A stretch of DNA of 64,000 nucleotides from Chrysomallon squamiferum (lineage: Eukaryota; Animalia; Mollusca). A program made the position numbers and the translations under genes. Where the stretch lies: contig CM022665.1 of assembly GCA_012295275.1 (NCBI GenBank), positions 6,696,001 through 6,760,000 on the forward strand, read 5' to 3'. Of this stretch, positions 28,501-41,430 are shown piece after piece. The number at the start of each line of letters is the position of its first letter. Position 1 is the stretch's first letter. Under the pieces are notes generated by a model. That model was given only the letters and a program-made list of their open reading frames with translations. It ran no database searches and was not told where the DNA came from.

Positions 28501-31500
28501 CTTCCATTACACTGCTGTCACAAGTTTATTGTTATATAATTAAATTCAGATATTTGCATATATCTGCTTATTTATACTTCGTGCACTTTGTAAATATCAA
28601 ACTTAGTTGGCTTCATAAATTACCACATTGGCGAAGTATATTCAGAATAGCATGTTGTTAGACCTGCTACAAAATGTGTTATAATTGGCTCGATGTAATA
28701 ATATCCCATGAGTCACTTGGTTGAGAAAAATAAATGCATTACTGTCAAAATAGGTGCACTAGCTAATCTGTCAGACACAAACTCCATAAAAACATTTTAC
28801 AGCTGGAGCTGCCAGATTCCTCAAGTGAAAAAACAGGATATTCATGTTCCTTTTATTATAAGTATGGTTAATGTCACCAACATGCATGCCAACACATTTT
28901 AAAACAACATTCTATTAAAATATGTCTCGTTTTTGTTTGTTTTTTAAAATTATTTGCAATTGTTACCAGCCTTAATTCATTGCATTTAACTTAAAAAAAA
29001 ATTAATTCTAGTATTACATTCTAAAAAATTGTTTACAAGCTAAATACTTAGGAAAAAAAATGAGAATTAGCTTGTATTTTCTGCAGAAGTAAACTGTAAT
29101 AGGAGACAGAATTTAATACACGATACTTGATTTATTAAAATAAGTATACCTCACAGTACAGCATACAATACTCATAAGACATTGTAAATTACATTTTTAT
29201 CCCCATGCTTATAATATAGGGAGTAATATTTGATTTAATATTTATCATTTTATTTCAGATGGCTGGATTCATCACGGTCACTCATGGAACAGGGAATCAA
29301 AGAGAACGACTACATCATGCTGAAATTCAAATTTTACTGCTTCTACGACTTAAATCCTAAGGTATATTTCTTTATGGGTGAAACAAAAAAAAGAGTATAG
29401 TTGTCTTGTTTTTGAAGATAACTAATTCTCCATCTTTTTACCTGCCTATGTTTAGCAGTATTTTAAGATCTTGTGAACAATAAAAAAAACAAAAAACATA
29501 CCTATACAGTAATACATTTAGCACATGCAAAACATTCAAACATTTCTTTTATTGTAACAAAAATAGAGCATTTTACCACATTTCTTGAAACACAAACATT
29601 CTCTGCAGTGTTTACTAGAATATTTAAAAACAATGATTTATGTAGACTTCAATCATTAAATACAACTGAACCATGTAGAAGTACTAGTTTATGTGCTAGC
29701 ACATGACAGTGGAAATACAAAACTATGATTAGTTATTAAACTGTGTTTTTTTTTTTATCTATTTGATTGTTTTGTTGGGTTTTCTTTTTACTCTTTTACA
29801 TGATGTTACTTGTAAGTTGAGGAAGCATTCTAGTTTTAGGGAAATATTTTGTAGTTAAAAAAAAATATGGCACGCATGTTTTACTTACAGATGCTTGATC
29901 CTATATATAACCAGAGACTTAGGCTTTGTCTTGGTGAATTTAGAACATCTCCTTTTGAGAGTTTGTATGATGATGCACACAAATATTGTCTGGATGCTAG
30001 ATGTGCCAAGTTTTCTCTGCAGTATGCCATGAAAATTAAATCATTACAGAAACATCGTATACATTTTGTGGTGTTTGATAACAAATATATGAAGTTGTTT
30101 GATTCAAGGCCAAATGCTCTTGATATATTTGGTCTTCGCATTCAGCATTTTTTGACACTTTTCAGCATTGTTTTAACCAACACATATTTAGAAACTCTTT
30201 ACTTTGTTTTATTACCTTGATATATCACACCACCTAAGATTGTGTTTGATCTGGGGCATCTGACACACTTATATCTCCAAGCTTTACGAAACAAGAAGCT
30301 GGAACATGTTTTAATTGTGACGATGATACAAAAGTTTATCTTTTTATCTATTGCCAATAAAGACATTAAATTTTCTGCTTTTGATCTGCCAGGGTTGGTG
30401 TGCCTTGTACTGATTTTAAATACAATATCAGCCAGTTTATCTTTTCAACTTGGCAATATGATTGGGAACAAGCTTCATGTTATCAAGCTGGTTTTGTGAG
30501 AGTGGGAGTCCTGCAGACAGTGCAGCAAGGATGAAATAGTTATGCTCTCATCAGCTGTATCTGCTTGACACATTCATTTATCTTGAAGAAAGATCCATCC
30601 ACCTCAGTTTGAGCAATGTCAGTGTACTCTGATGGTACACCACATTTTGGTAGAGTGCAATAATCTCAGAGAAACTAAAAAATATATAAGAAATGTGATG
30701 GAATTATTTTGATTCCATCTGGAATTTGTATTACGGTTTCTACATGATACTGATATTTATTCTCAACTTTAATTATATCTGTTGGTGATATCTGAATTTT
30801 TGAACTGTTCAGTTCTTTACTCTGTGTTTTAATTTTACATTTGAATTTTCACATTGATGTTGACCATCATTAAGTTTTGCCTTTACCATTGTTTGTTATC
30901 CAGCAGCCGATGTATTTTTTTTGTGCTGGGATGTCATTAAACATTCATTCATTCGTTATTGAAACATTCTCTGCAATAGTGACTGGAATATTTAAAAACA
31001 CTGATTTATTTAGACTGAACCATGTAAAAGTACTAGTTAATATGTTATCACTTGACAGTGGAAACAAAACTGATTAATCATTAAATTGTGTTTTACGAAA
31101 GTTTTACTTGAAGGGAAATATTTTGAAGTCTTAACCTTTTTTTTTTTTTTTTTTTTCAAAATGGATATTTTTTAAATAACTACTGGTCTACAACAAGTAC
31201 AAGACAAAGTGATGGCTCACATGTGGTACTATCTTTTCTTAAATCTCCACGTGACCAATGATCTTAATTTATGCTTGCATATTTTAACAGGATATGTTGA
31301 TCAGAAAAAAAACATAACTCTTAAATTTATAACATTTAGCCAAATGACATAACTTAAGTGCATTAAGATTTAAAATGTTATAAATCAGGAGGAGAAAAAA
31401 ATGCATATCACAAAATATTAGTGTTTTTTTTTTTTGTATAGCTCGCTTAATTCACCAATAATTTTGGTCTGCCAACGTTTCTAATTTACAGTATTTGTCA

Positions 31501-34500
31501 GTTCACAAATAAGAGGAGTATGTTTCATTTCATGTCAGTTTAATCTCAAGTCATCTGTTACTTCTGCTTGCCGTAGTAAACAGTTTAAGTTGTACAGAGA
31601 TAACAAAATGAATCAAGTTGGTTAAAGTGCCTCAGCTTTTATTATCACTTTTTTGTCTTGAGAACAACAACATTACTTAAAACCGTCACAACAAAACTAA
31701 TAGGATTTTATATGATCGTACAAAATTTCGGGAATAAATATAACTGCTTGTTTGACACTGAAAGATTTTTGCCTTACAAGATATTTGTAATACTTAAAGC
31801 ATGTTACTAAATTGCTTAAGATTTATCATTACATAAATATTTGAAAACTGTCATTAATTGGTTGGTGCACTTCCTGTGGAAATAATTAACTTACTATGCA
31901 CTGTATGACCCATCATATATTAATACTTTTTTTTTTTTTTTTTTTTTTTTTAATAGCTACTGTAAACCTTATTCTGAATGTTCTGTGTGTTTTTTATGTG
32001 TCTGTCTCACCCAACTTTTTTCTATCTTCTTCTCTCTCTTTTTTGCTCTTTCTATCTCTACGTGTCCATGCATTTATTTATTTATTTGTTTGTTTCTTTG
32101 TTTTCATGTTCAGGCATGTTTATGATGAAAATAATGTTTTTACTTATACCCTGTCAAAATATCTGGAGGTAAAAAGTATACATGATAATGGATCACTTTG
32201 GAGGTTCTAATGGATGATTTATTTTCCATGTTAAAATATTACTGTATTAAGCACCCAGTATTAAATTTAAATGTTAGCATTTTCTTTTAAACAAGAACAA
32301 AATCAAGGAAAAACATTTTTAGAGCAAATTTTTAATCAGTTTTATACAGTTTTTAAAATGTTATACTTTGCTATTGAGCATTTGTGTACTGGGTATTTTT
32401 TTAAATAAATACTTCTCTGTTTAATAAAAAAAAATGTTCATACTTTTATATTGCTTCACAGATTTATGATGTAGAAAATTGATTATTTTATGTATTTTTT
32501 AATTATTTCAGTATGATGCTGTAAGAATTAACCAGATATATGAGCAGGCAAAATGGGCGCTGATGGCCGAGGAAATTGATTGCACCGAGGAGGAGATGTT
32601 GATGTTTGCAGCTTTGCAGGTAAAAAATCACAGCTATAAAAATCATTTTAGAAAAAAAAAAAATAGTATTGTAGTATATCTTTCAATCAGTAATATTAGT
32701 TTAAAAAAACTTTTTCCAGACATTTTATAAAAATATTAAATCAAAGAAAAAAAAAAATCACGTATGTTACTGAAATATTGCGAAACAAAGCAAAATGCAT
32801 GAACTTGACAAACAGCATGACAGTTTAATATTTCAGTTTCTTGTTTTTGAAGGACTAAAGATTTATGTAGTGCATAGATAGATCATAAAAAAATAAAAAA
32901 AATAAAAAATATCTGTAATATATTATTTATGTTCAGGAAATGACAACCTTTTTGATAATACATTTTTTTTTTTCATTCTTGTTATTATATAAAATGCAGA
33001 TTAATATCTATTCAGTGATTGTCTACTATATTATTTCATGTGACTTTTCAGTTACAAATTCAGCTACAGTCTGGTTTGCCCCAGCCTGATTTGGATCATT
33101 CGACAATGAACCAGACGGAAGAGGACGACATTGATGCCGCTCTCAAAGACTTGCAGGAATCACTTGAAGGCTCATCAGTGTCTTCACCTGGTGACATCAC
33201 TCACATACCAGAACTTTCAGACTACGTCAGATTTTTAAAGTTAGTTTCTTTTTCCTTTTTTTTTTTTTTTTTAGTTTGAAAAAACAACATAATTAGTACA
33301 TTAAAAGGTGGACACTTGTAAGTCTAATAATATACAATGAAAACATTTTCTGCCAAAATGACTATCTCATTATTATTATTTTTTTTTTTTTTTTTTGTAG
33401 ACCAAAGAAACTGACACTGAAGAGTTACAAGAGATACTGGGCAACTTTCAAGGACACCCACATTGCCTTCTACAGAACAAGGGATGAGAGCTCTGGTCCA
33501 CCAATAATGAGAATCAATGTCAAAGGTGCGTGCATTCTGCAAAAACATGACAGTCACATATATGTAAAAAGAAAAAAAATATACCAAAAATACTCAAAAT
33601 GATTGATGTTCATGAAATAGCAGGTTAATAGTGCTGATGTTTTAGACAGAAATGCATTATTTTGATAATAAGAGCAGTATAGGAAAATTAATTTTAACGT
33701 AAAGTTAAATACAGATATCAGAACACAACACACAGAAGTTACAATTTGGTCTAACAGAGTGGTTTTGTTTTTATTAATAAGAAGCAGATGTTATCACCAC
33801 ATCCAGCATCTGATATAGGTGCTTTTGCCAAAATTACTGTAAATATATCTTCAGCCATATCTACGAGCAGGCTCCACATGTCATGTTGCAACAGCAAGCC
33901 ATTGGTACATCTCAAAACTACATTTCTTTTCAATTACAACTATGTTTATTAAAACTAGATCTCCAACAAGGTGATGCATTCCAAATTTACATAATGTAAT
34001 AATGTCATAAAATCTGTTTTCTGGAATATTGAAATAATAAACAGTTATCTAGATTTATAAACCATAGGGAACTGAACAACAACATTTTAAAAAAACAAAT
34101 CTGTAATCTTCCATGGCATGTGAAAAAAAAAAAAAAAACCTTTACATTTTTATAAAATTAGAAGTTATTTAAAATGCTATATAAGAAAAGTAAGTATGTT
34201 GTTAAAATTTTATTTAATTCAATATCTCCTTGCTTTTTTGCAGTTTTAATTTTTTAACTTTTTTTTTTTTTTTTTTTTGAAGTTACATCCTATTCTTATT
34301 AACAATATACATTGTTGAAAACTTTATAACATCCCTGTTGGAGAAAACAAAACAAAAATAAGAGATAACAGGAAATAATAACTTTTTCTGGAGAAGGTTA
34401 AATGCTAAATAGAAAGGAAATAATGACACTGTAAATGTAGCAGACTATTTGTTAGTAATTAATTCATTTTATGTTGTCATTGAAATGACAAGTCTGTATT

Positions 34501-37500
34501 GTAGTAACACATAGAAACAGGTTTATTTAAAAACAGTTGTGTTGGAATTGTTGAAAATCTTGCGTGTGTCATCCCCCATTACGACAGTATTCCACAAAAA
34601 AATAAAACAAATAAAAAGTCAGAACTCTGGGCCCCTATCCTGTTATTTAATTCAAATTTTGAAAAAGCTACAAATGATAGTACCACTACCACAACTCTAA
34701 TAATAATAATATAAAAAAATATATATATATATATAAAAATAAAAATTAAAAATAAGGTATAAATAAAAACAAATAAAAATAAAAAATAAATACAGATAAA
34801 TAATAAAAATATAAATTCACAACAAATCATCACCATCTAAAACAGTCAGTTTTTTTATACATTTAAGTTAATTTATTTTCACAGTAGTTTGGAGCATAAA
34901 CTGATTGTTAGAATATTTTCATCTTGTATGGAATCATATGTAGCTTTAATACAACAAAAATACATATATAAAAACGTACAAAATGATATCTCACTGGCTC
35001 TGGTGTGTTATTTTAACTATCTTGCTTGCCCCAAAACATTCAGGAATGATAGAAGCTCCAATTGGTTGGTTTATTCTGTGCAGCTATATTTTAATGTTAT
35101 TTGTGACATAAGAAGAAGCTAGAGAATAACATATTCTTAAGTAATTACAGATGCAATAAATACAGTTTATGTAACCATGCAGTTGTCTGCTTTCACTGTT
35201 GCACCTGAACCATTACCTAACAATATTCAAGATTTCTGGGAACTAACGAAGCTAGAGTTTCCATATTTATTATGTTAAAAATGTTATTATACTAGAAATA
35301 GTTTCTTTGTTTCAGTATTATAATATACGGGTTGGACCACACTAATCTGACATGCTTGGGACCAGATGGATGCAAGACCAGTGAAATTTAGGGTAAAAAA
35401 AAAAAAAATAAAAGACAAAATACTGTACTGTATTACTGATACCTACACAGCTTACATAGGCATAACCAATTCAGGCTTTTTGGACTAGTGCTAGTACTAG
35501 TTTTTTCAACACTGACACGTTTTGTAACAGTGTTAATGTCATGCCTTTATGTTTTGCTGCATTCCCACTACATGCAATACTTGCTGGTTGCTTAGCAGGC
35601 ATTTTTAAGGGATAAAATACCAGTTAAAAATGGTAATGTCTGTACCTCTATAGCGGCATCAGCCACAGTAAATAAGCTGTGGCAGATATAAACAGTATGA
35701 GACGCTGCTGTGCTACAGCTGGGCAAGCAGCAGCCATACAGTCTAACAGCTACCAGATTCAAATCATCATCCTGGACCACTGAAGGTGCCAGATTAGTGG
35801 AGTCCAACCTGTGCTTAAGAAACACATTTACTCTTCAGTTTTGTCTTACCATGAGAACATAATATTGGCAAGAATGATGCAATGGAAACAGTTCAATTTA
35901 TTTATATTTATTTGTTTAATATTAATTTTTTAGATTTCATTATTTCATTATTTTATTTTTTTGAGGTCTTGATTTCATACTTCATTCGTTTTTTTTTTCT
36001 TGTAGGTTTTTTTTTTTTGTTGTTTGTTATATTTCCCCCCAACCCACTTGTTTTCTTTTTTGTCAGCTGGATTACTTACCGACAGCTGTTTATTTTTAAC
36101 ACCTGGTGAAAAGTAAAGAGTGAAATTAGATCAGGCAATGTTAACAGTAGAAGAGATGCTGTAGAGATAAACAGCATTATCAGATGTACGGTTATCTAAT
36201 GAGCATAGCCTTTGTAATCTTTACATTAGTTTTTTTTTTTTTTTTCTCAGGGGTATTACTGTTCAAATAGTCTTCACTGCATAACAGCAATTATTTTCTA
36301 AGATAAAACAGTTTGAGCATTAGTGAATTTTCTTAACATCAGATTATTTAAAGTGGGAATGTTACGGTTTGCTTATGGTCTATTAGCACATATGGTAGGA
36401 TGAAAAATATTATGTATTGGGTTAAACAAAAGTTCATATTGTTTTTAAAGTGAAATCCAAAGACAACATTGAGATATTTGTACAAAGATTTCAACCACAA
36501 AAAATAGTCATTTTGTTCCATCTTTCAGAATATGTATACATCATATATTTCAAAAACATGCAAAACAAAATCACATGTTCAAAATGTCACCTGTTGAAAA
36601 ATGCTACAAACTTTTGTTTCAAACAAATACCTGCTAGTGAGAAATCACTGTGGACAGTGAGTTTTGGATTAATATTTTATTTTGTGTTAAAATATTTCAA
36701 CTTTTAAAAATTTATTTTTCAGGATGTGAGACTCAGCCTGATGTTAACCTAACATCTAAGAAATATGGAATAAAGCTCTTTGTTCCTAGTCCTGAAGGCA
36801 TGCAAGAAATCTATCTTAGGTTTGAATTGGTGAGAAAATAATTCAATAGTTATTTTATTATTGTTATTATTATTATTAATTTAAAAAAAAAAAAAAAATT
36901 AAATCAAGAATAAAGTTTAAATATTTTAAAGTTTTGCTCTTGCTTCTAGTATTATTATTATTTTTTTTTTTTTTCACCTCTGTTTTGTTACAAATTGTTT
37001 ACACAGTATTATGAAAAGGGGTGTGGGGGAAGATTGGTAAAAACAAAAACTCCCATAAGTCTACATCCCTTCCACCAACAACAATCCAACACAACCACAC
37101 CTTTTGGTCTCTTTTTCCTCTTTTTATTTTGTTAAATGGTTTCCATTTATTGTTTGTAGGAGGAACAGTACTGCAAGTGGATGACAGCCTGTAAGCTGGC
37201 ATCCAAAGGAAAGACAATGGCTGACAGCTCGTATGAAGGAGAAGTGAAGACACTACAGAAATTTCTTAGCATGCAGCATCCTGATGTTTCTCACACAGTC
37301 AATCCTAATGAAGTCAACATCCAGGCCGATGACTTCATTGCTCCAAGATTCTTCAAAAAAATCAAAGCAAAATCAGTATGTTATATTTGTATTCATTAAA
37401 TCTTGTATCATAAGATCATAAACTTTTTCCAGTTACACTAAATTCATATTTCTGATTTGCCAGTTAAATTATCAGTATCGTTCAAATGCAAATAATTGCA

Positions 37501-38300
37501 TAGACTGTTTATATTTCAGACCTTTGTTTTTGAAAGTGAATATTTGTTTGATATTGTTATTGTTGTTATTTATATATATATATATATATGTATTGTATTT
37601 TAGCTTGTACAAAGGATAATGGATGGCCATGCTAATGTTCAGGATCTGACTCTGATAGAATCCAAACTTGCCTACATCAATGCCTGGCAGTCTCTTCCAG
37701 AGTATGGCATTACATACTTTGTCATGAAAATGGCCAACAACAAAAAAGAAGTAAGTTGTCTGTTTTCATTCAGACAGGTTACAATCAAGTTTTAAAAAAA
37801 TCTTTGTTACATCTATTTGTAAAAATACTGTCAAGTAATATAATTTGAGACGCAATGTTTTATAACCGTGGTTGAAGGATTAACTTGTGAATTTACAATA
37901 AGTGAAATTTCTTTATTTCATATTTTACATTATTGATAACCCAGCATTGTTGTTGTGCTGGGGTGTTATTAAACATTCGCTTATTCATTTTTTTGTTTTT
38001 TCGTTTCAGGAGCTGATGGGAATTGCTAGTAACCGGATAATCCGAATGGATTTACATTCAGGTGACACAATTAAGACCTGGCGATACAACACTCTGCAGT
38101 CCTGGCACGTGAACTGGGAAATTGACAATGTTATTCTTGACTTTGAAGAGGAGAAAGTAACTTTTTCCAGCTTGGGGGTTCCATGCAAAGTAATTCACGA
38201 GTTCATTGGAGGCTACATCTTCCTCTCTATGAGATCCCAAGAGAAAAATCAGTCACTGAATGAAGAACTATTTCAGAAGTTGACAGGAGGATGGTCTTGA
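4858..38300 (+). CDS. FERMT: Kindlin / fermitin family homolog (UNC-112/FERMT-like), 12 coding exons, 700 aa
   Basis: join(4858..5002,23796..24029,27229..27443,28001..28224,29259..29361,32512..32619,33052..33239,33401..33525,36723..36829,37160..37375,37604..37750,38010..38300) = 2103 nt. All introns GT-AG and all phases consistent. Family motifs: [59 protein letters not shown]-domain [38 protein letters not shown]. Confidence 0.97.
11116..11157. repeat. (TG)n microsatellite
   Basis: Read directly from the sequence. Confidence 0.95.
15457..15667 (+). repeat. Two-copy diverged tandem duplication (~120 bp period)
   Basis: ATGTAACTCTTAATGTGAAA...GTTTATAATGGAGAAACTG...TTTCAAAGTTCA versus ATGTAACTGTTAATGTGAAA...GTTTATAATGAAGAAACTG...TTTCAGAGTTCA. 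Confidence 0.75.
16499..16600 (+). repeat. Two-copy tandem duplication (62 bp period)
   Basis: TTAGACAGTATTCATTTATTTTCCTAATGTGA versus TTAGGCAGTATTCATTTATTTTCCTAATCTGA. Confidence 0.75.
20046..20095 (+). mobile_element. Solo Tigger/pogo-like TIR fragment
   Basis: TA|CAGGTTGACCGTCCATTATCC resembles the 35.3 kb MITE terminus; no partner end found. Confidence 0.4.
23796..24029 (+). CDS. FERMT: Kindlin exon 2
   Basis: ttttcag| [20 protein letters not shown]...CKEL |gtatga. Confidence 0.96.
27229..27443 (+). CDS. FERMT: Kindlin exon 3 (F1, poly-Lys loop)
   Basis: cttag| [13 protein letters not shown]...[10 protein letters not shown]...GPSPS |gtaagt. Confidence 0.95.
28001..28224 (+). CDS. FERMT: Kindlin exon 4 (F1 loop)
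   Basis: ttttcag| [11 protein letters not shown]...[15 protein letters not shown] |gtaagt. Confidence 0.94.
29259..29361 (+). CDS. FERMT: Kindlin exon 5
   Basis: tttcag| [34 protein letters not shown] |gtatat. Confidence 0.96.
29594..31130 (+). repeat. Diverged direct duplication (29594..29856 and 30962..31130) flanking the LINE fragment
   Basis: Shared blocks AAACATTCTCTGCA, GAATATTTAAAAACA, ACTGAACCATGTA, AGTACTAGTT, TGACAGTGGAAA and AGGGAAATATTTTG occur in the same order in both copies. Confidence 0.85.
29857..30954 (+). mobile_element. 5'-truncated, degenerate non-LTR retrotransposon (I/Nimb-like ORF2 3' end) in kindlin intron 5
   Basis: [17 protein letters not shown] (post-RT motif, canonical GAFRTSP..SL), then [18 protein letters not shown] and the C-terminal cysteine motif [19 protein letters not shown] (30602..30658). 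Stops and frameshifts throughout. 3' tail ...GTCATTAAA(CATT)3. Confidence 0.85.
32512..32619 (+). CDS. FERMT: Kindlin exon 6 (F2)
   Basis: tttcag| [36 protein letters not shown] |gtaaaa. Confidence 0.96.
33052..33239 (+). CDS. FERMT: Kindlin exon 7
   Basis: ttttcag| LQIQLQSG...[16 protein letters not shown]...[10 protein letters not shown] |gttagt. Confidence 0.95.
33401..33525 (+). CDS. FERMT: Kindlin exon 8 (PH domain)
   Basis: ttgtag| [25 protein letters not shown]...INVK |gtgcgt. Confidence 0.95.
35328..35811. mobile_element. Non-autonomous Tc1/mariner-pogo(Tigger)-like MITE in kindlin intron 8
   Basis: Imperfect TIRs: left TA|CGGGTTGGACCACACTAATCTGACA; right end reverse complement CAGGTTGGACTCCACTAATCTGGCA. 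TA on the left flank, TG on the right. Confidence 0.75.
36723..36829 (+). CDS. FERMT: Kindlin exon 9 (PH domain)
   Basis: ttttcag| [36 protein letters not shown] |gtgaga. Confidence 0.95.
37160..37375 (+). CDS. FERMT: Kindlin exon 10
   Basis: ttgtag| [25 protein letters not shown]...KIKAKS |gtatgt. Confidence 0.96.
37604..37750 (+). CDS. FERMT: Kindlin exon 11
   Basis: ttttag| [12 protein letters not shown]...[19 protein letters not shown]...KKE |gtaagt. Confidence 0.96.
37935..37989 (+). mobile_element. Isolated retroelement 3' tail (same tail as the LINE at ~30900..30954)
   Basis: CCAGCA...TTGTGCTGGGGTGTTATTAAACATTC versus CCAGCA...TTGTGCTGGGATGTCATTAAACATTC. Confidence 0.65.
38010..38300 (+). 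CDS. FERMT: Kindlin exon 12 (F3 PTB-like domain, stop)
   Basis: tttcag| [14 protein letters not shown]...[14 protein letters not shown]...[14 protein letters not shown]...KLTGGWS*. Confidence 0.97.
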   Translation, partial: ELMGIASNRIIRMDLHSGDTIKTWRYNTLQSWHVNWEIDNVILDFEEEKVTFSSLGVPCKVIHEFIGGYIFLSMRSQEKNQSLNEELFQKLTGGWS

Positions 38301-38324
38301 GAAAACTTTTTCGTTTTTTTTTAC

Positions 38325-38364
<40 letters not shown>

Positions 38365-39511
38365 ATCTATATATATATATAAACTTTTTCCAGAATGTAT
38401 ACATGCAAATAATAGTGCCTATATCAAAATGTAATTGCCAAGAAAACCACCATTTTGTAGTAAAAGAGATTTGTTTCAATAAGACATTTATGAAGCAGCA
38501 TTTTATTTGTTTTGCAGCTATTGTTGCTTAAATATACTCATCATTATTAAAATTCAGTCAATTTAATGACTTTATTTAATTTTAAATATATAATAATGAT
38601 GTCACATTGTCTTAATGCCAAGACCAAGTAAAAACTGAATGTAAATCAAAAATAAAAATATAACTTTTTTTTTTATATATTGAACTTTAAGAATTTACAC
38701 TTTATAAAATTCAGTATATACTAATTTAGTTCTAAAATAATATATATATACTGCTTTCTTCTTTTTAAATATTAACTTTAGTATCATAATAATGTTTTCT
38801 GTTAAAATGATTTAAAACTGACATATATTTAATGCATACTACTCAATGCCTTGTTTAACTGTGAATTTCTATTCAATATAAAACAAGGCTTGATTAGTTA
38901 AAATGTGTATCTTATTTTGTGTATTCTTACACAAAACAAATTTCAGATTAAATAAAATAGTCAGTTTCTAAAATGTTATTTGACAAAAAGTGCTATTACT
39001 TTCAAACTAGTTCCCAGGTTAGGAAATAGTACCAGACAATACAAACTGGTTATTGGCAAATTAATGGTTTTGTCTCAGACTGCATGTTTTGAGAACAAAT
39101 GTAATCAGTACAGAATGTTTCTGACTTAGTGATACTTGTAACTATTAACTTTTGAAAATGTTGCCACGTCTGCAAATAACCTGTATAATACTATTTACAC
39201 TGGTACTGCTGTGTTTATACTGTTTGTTGTAGACTTCACTGATTATTGTACAGGATTATTACTGAGTGCTCTTCTTTCAGCATGAACATATAATCAGTGA
39301 TGTTTTCATTGGTGCTGCAGAGTCAGAGAGAATGATCAAACACTTCAGTAAATCGTGAACACAGATGCCTGGAATGACATTATAGTGTTTGGTGTTGATA
39401 TCAGACATATACTTTCATAAGTTAACACTGACTCTTCATCAGGATGAAGTATGTAGGTTAGAATAGTGGCTTTTGTTGAATTTGGAACAGTTTCCTCTTG
39501 TTGATTTTTAC

Positions 39512-39515
<4 letters not shown>

Positions 39516-39556
<41 letters not shown>
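39516..39556. repeat. Poly(A) tract downstream of the kindlin stop
   Basis: About 41 consecutive A. Confidence 0.9.
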
Positions 39557-39559
<3 letters not shown>

Positions 39560-41356
39560 TAAAAGAAAAAAGAAAGAAAAAAAACAAATTGAAGTGTTTG
39601 TCAAGTTGTTGAAATTGCTTGTCATTATACAATGACTGATGTATTTTATTATTATGGATGGTATTAGAAAGGCATGGTGTAAGCATCAGATCATCTTATT
39701 GTTTAAATATGACACAAACCTAAGTCTAGCAGTTGGACTGCTTATGCTTTTAAAGAAATAATAAAGTTAACTCCTTGCAGAAATAAAATCGTCGAGTTGA
39801 TTTCTTAACTTTTTAAAAGCTAGTCTTTTTCACTGCTTTGACTGATGGGGAATGTTCAAAATGGTGCTGTGTAAATTATCTTGTTGCATATATATTGTAG
39901 TTTTAACTGTTTTAACTGTACATCTTGTTCTAAAGCGTGTACAGATAACTGACAAATGAAAACATTTATTAGGAGAAAAATCATTATATGAATTGTGTTA
40001 TTTGCTTTGAAATAGCTAATATATATTGTAATTTTAGAGGCCTGCATGACACTTTCTAATATTATTATAGTAATGTACAGTATTTATGATTATAATGTTA
40101 TGTAATCATATACAGATGACAGTTTGGTAATATAATATTTGATAAATATTAACTGTTTCTTTCATTTTTAATCAATATTTATGTATTAATAAATATATCT
40201 CTGTCAAAATTTATTTTTACATATTTTAAACCCATTTTAATTTGTAACAGTTATAATAAACAATTGATTTATAAAACATGGGTCCTGAAAATGCATATAT
40301 TACTAATAACATGAAATGTTTTTATCATTACTGTAGTAACAAACAAATCTGTTTTTAAAATACTTTACTGAAGTTTGTCAAATGTAGTGATTTATATAGA
40401 TAAATTTATCTCAGTAAATATGTGGATATGTTTTGTAGAGAGAAGTAGCTCTAAGAGAGCCTATGTATATTAAATATTTGTTTGTTTTTTTCTTTTCTTT
40501 TTAAATGTGGCTTAGTAGAATGAGATTATTACTTTCTTCTTTTTTCCTTTTTTAACCCTATACAAGTGTAATTTTTTTTTTTTTTTTTTTTTTTTTTTCA
40601 CAAAAATTAGTAATATACTTGGAAAATGTGATTGTTTCAATTTTTATTTTTTTTTTTCAATGAGGTTCAGACTATGAATAGGCTGATTTTACTATGTTTT
40701 TTTTTTTTGAATTTTTTTAGCAGCTATGAGTGTTATTTATTATTTGTGTTACATATGCCAGGAAGTGCATGTTGTTATAAAGTAGTTTTATGTTCAGTTA
40801 CCTGTAAATATATTATTGTTTAGACTTTGCATAATTCTGTCATCAAAATGTTAATAAAATGCATTGAAATAAGTCAGAATATTATTTTTTATTACCTCAA
40901 TCAAACAAGCAATATTACCATTTGATCTTCTTTATATTAATCAGTAAATTATTTCAGTAATATGAATTTCACTTACATATGTTTACTTACTGGTATCAAA
41001 TTACAATGCTTCTCCTTCCATTAACCCAGTCTCTAAAATCATTAATTCTTCTTTTAATAATAATATAATTTACTTGCATTTCTTTTGATTAATCCAATGT
41101 CTAAAATGTATTATTCTTTCAATAACATAATTATTCACTTACACATATTTCTTTATTATTATGAAATTATATTGTTTTTCTACACTTACACCTTTGTGAA
41201 GTTTCATTTTTAGTGTTTCTTAAACTTTGAATTTTAATCATGCATTAATATTTTAATTCATACATATATATTACACATTATACAAAGAGACATGTACCTG
41301 AATAACCATTCTACCTACCTCTTCAGTGCTTGGTCTAGATCAAACAGTGTGGCTGT

Positions 41357-41430
41357 TGTAGAAGTGCTTCACAACAGCTCACTCTGATTAGCATGTTAAT
41401 TTTCTTTTTTGTCTGTCTGTCTGTCTGTCT
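41357..41430 (+). repeat. Dispersed repeat copy, probable SINE 3' end with (TGTC)n tail
   Basis: GTAGAAGTGCTTCACAACAGCTCACTCTGATTAGCATGTTAATTTT followed by (TGTC)5. Confidence 0.65.

Noticed and set aside
37157-37162. NAGNAG acceptors (TAG GAG at kindlin exon 10; CAG GAG at exon 12)
   Set aside because: A distal GAG is rarely used, and nothing in the sequence indicates alternative use.
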